Origin: Sinorhizobium meliloti
Lineage (GTDB): Bacteria > Pseudomonadota > Alphaproteobacteria > Rhizobiales > Rhizobiaceae
NCBI RefSeq assembly: GCF_017876815.1
Contig: NZ_JAGIOS010000004.1
Location: forward strand, 197,538-229,537
Length of the DNA stretch: 32,000 nt
Direction of reading: 5' to 3'
Below the pieces are notes generated by a model. It saw nothing but the letters and a program-made list of their open reading frames with translations. It was not told where the DNA came from and ran no database searches. The position numbers were made by a program, and so were the translations under genes. This document shows, piece after piece, positions 31,067 through 32,000 of the stretch. Numbering within the stretch: position 1 is the first letter of the stretch; each line of letters starts with the position of its first letter.

Positions 31067-31880
31067 AGGCTAGCCAGACTCACCCCCAGCCGCCGCGCCT
31101 GGTGGCGCAGCCGATCGTTGAGCGCCTGCGGCAGCATCCGCCGTGCCTCGCGGGATCCGCGGCCGTCGCCGTAGACCTCGCTCAGAGCGAACGGCAGGGT
31201 CGGCTCGTCGATGTCGGCCAGCATCTCCCGGAAGAACGCTTCATGCGCTTTGGCATCCATGCCAAGCCGCGCCTGCGCCACCAGGTTGCGGAACGGCGGC
31301 GCTGCAAGCTCATGCGCGCGCCCCTGCAGCACGGCCCGGACCTCGGCATGCATCACTTCGGCCGTCGTATGATCGCCGATCAGATGGTGCTGCAACACCA
31401 AAAGCAGCCAGCGCCCACTGCCCGGTTCGCGCGCGATCACGAACCGCATCAGCGGCGCCCGGCCAAGGTCGAGACGGTACTGGCGCGGATCGAACCGCCG
31501 CCTGAGCTCATCGGCGCCGGAACCATCACAGCCCTCCAGCTCGACCTCGAGCACATCCAAGGCCGCCTTGCGCCAGACAACCTGCGCCGGGCTCGACAGA
31601 CCCTCCCAGACAAAGGCCGTGCGCAGAATGTCGTGGCGGTCGACCACCTGTTGAACCGCAGCAAGGTAGCGATCGAGCACACCCCGCTCGGCAAAGGCCA
31701 TCTGCGACATCAGGAGATAGGGGTCACCCTGGGTTGCCAGCAAATGATGGAACAGAATGCCGTCCTGCAGCGGCGACAGGCCATAGATATCCTGGATATT
31801 GCCGACGCCGCCGGGCACCGTCGACACGATCCGGTCGATCTCCGGTTGGGTAAGATCGATCAGCGGCAGCATCTGCGGCG
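30520..31880 (-). other. Condensation domain, dual C/E-like type, upstream of module 1; disrupted by a 1-nt deletion and carrying a 3-nt in-frame deletion
   Basis: Motifs: [27 protein letters not shown] (HHLLATQGD at 31723..31749), [19 protein letters not shown] (HH at 31384..31389). Edges are approximate. Confidence 0.7.
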
Positions 31881-32000
31881 TGATCGCCGTACTCTGTTCC
31901 GTGATCGGGTTGGCAGGCACCGCCACCTCCCGGTGGCTGCCAAGACTGGCGGCCAGATCGGCAAGCATCGGCTTTGCAAATACGGTGCGAACCTCGACCC
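30940..32000 (-). CDS. NRPS fragment (end of a T domain plus the N-terminal ~2/3 of a C/E-type condensation domain); 5' end beyond the window; the upstream part of gene 1 in a different frame
   Basis: The frame is open to the window edge ([10 protein letters not shown] precedes the Met at 31968). The translation equals the other C/E copies up to ...[12 protein letters not shown], then reads [12 protein letters not shown]-stop, because one base is missing relative to the three other copies. Confidence 0.8.
   Translation of the reverse strand, partial: VEVRTVFAKPMLADLAASLGSHREVAVPANPITEQSTAITPQMLPLIDLTQPEIDRIVSTVPGGVGNIQDIYGLSPLQDGILFHHLLATQGDPYLLMSQMAFAERGVLDRYLAAVQQVVDRHDILRTAFVWEGLSSPAQVVWRKAALDVLEVELEGCDGSGADELRRRFDPRQYRLDLGRAPLMRFVIAREPGSGRWLLLVLQHHLIGDHTTAEVMHAEVRAVLQGRAHELAAPPFRNLVAQARLGMDAKAHEAFFREMLADIDEPTLPFALSEVYGDGRGSREARRMLPQALNDRLRHQARRLGVSLASLCHLAWAQVVALSSGREQVVFGTVLFGRMHGVPAPTVPWACS
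30975..30980 (-). other. Frameshift site: 1-nt deletion relative to the three other C/E copies
   Basis: The + strand reads ggcaccccatgcatgcgg here and ggcacccgcatgcatgcgg at 1766, 18028 and 21289. The coding strand changes from catgcgggtg to catggggtg. Confidence 0.9.

Larger units (their letters stand above)
15665..32000 (-). pseudogene. Alternative reading of gene 1: a single frameshifted NRPS gene, if the 1-nt deletion at ~30977 is real and not an assembly error
   Basis: The two ORFs overlap at 30940..31066 and together reconstruct one uninterrupted C/E domain when a single base is restored. Confidence 0.35.
29924..32000. repeat. Scaffold unit, C/E type, partial (cut by window edge), carrying two deletions
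   Basis: Same sequence as the other C/E units apart from the indels at ~30977 and ~31297 and a few SNPs. Confidence 0.8.

Noticed and set aside
1-32000. Regular ~3.2-kb repeats as a CRISPR array, tandem IS copies or another mobile element.
   Set aside because: The period is kilobases, not tens of bp. The repeats are in-frame NRPS modules within long ORFs. I saw no transposase, integrase or Cas-like translation and no terminal inverted repeats.
1-32000. Extra tailoring domains (stand-alone E, N-methyltransferase, oxidase, KR) embedded in modules.
   Set aside because: Every module is 1065-1093 aa and fully accounted for by C (~435-455 aa), A (~500-515 aa), T (~70 aa) and their linkers. The A8-A9 interval, where MT or Ox insertions usually sit, is part of the constant block and has normal length.

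Overview
The whole 32-kb window is minus-strand coding sequence of a giant non-ribosomal peptide synthetase (NRPS) assembly line. I found no intergenic DNA, RNA gene, transposase or CRISPR array. Ten C-A-T modules are visible.

Gene 1 enters from beyond position 32000. A 1-nt deletion near 30977 splits it into ORFs 30940..32000 and 15665..31066, and it ends at TGA 15665-15667. Gene 2 starts at ATG 15668-15666 (ATGA overlap, AGGAG Shine-Dalgarno) and runs off the left edge. It is missing from the ORF track only because it has no stop inside the window; I translated and phase-checked it by hand.

Hand-extracted specificity codes and C-domain types predict this order: [upstream residue, D]-Gly-Cys-D-Xaa(DANNVGEVGK)-D-Leu-like-Cys | Thr-Cys-Asn-D-Xaa(DANNVGEVGK)-Leu-like-...

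The modules are built from near nucleotide-identical scaffold blocks. These are the A-domain N-terminal part, the A C-terminal part plus the first half of T, and one of two T-half+C cassettes. Only a 0.42-0.50-kb A-domain core differs between modules, in six versions.

Other points:
- A 6.7-kb stretch (1..6731) is duplicated apparently perfectly at 19524..26254, across the two genes.
- One core carries a 115-bp low-GC patch that changes two specificity residues to the canonical Asn code.
- The gene 1/gene 2 junction is a 215-bp low-GC docking-like cassette replacing a 75-bp T-C linker.

Limits: identity statements rest on identical six-frame translations and spot checks, not a computed alignment. 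Domain subtype and substrate calls are motif-based inference. All long + strand ORFs are antisense shadows.
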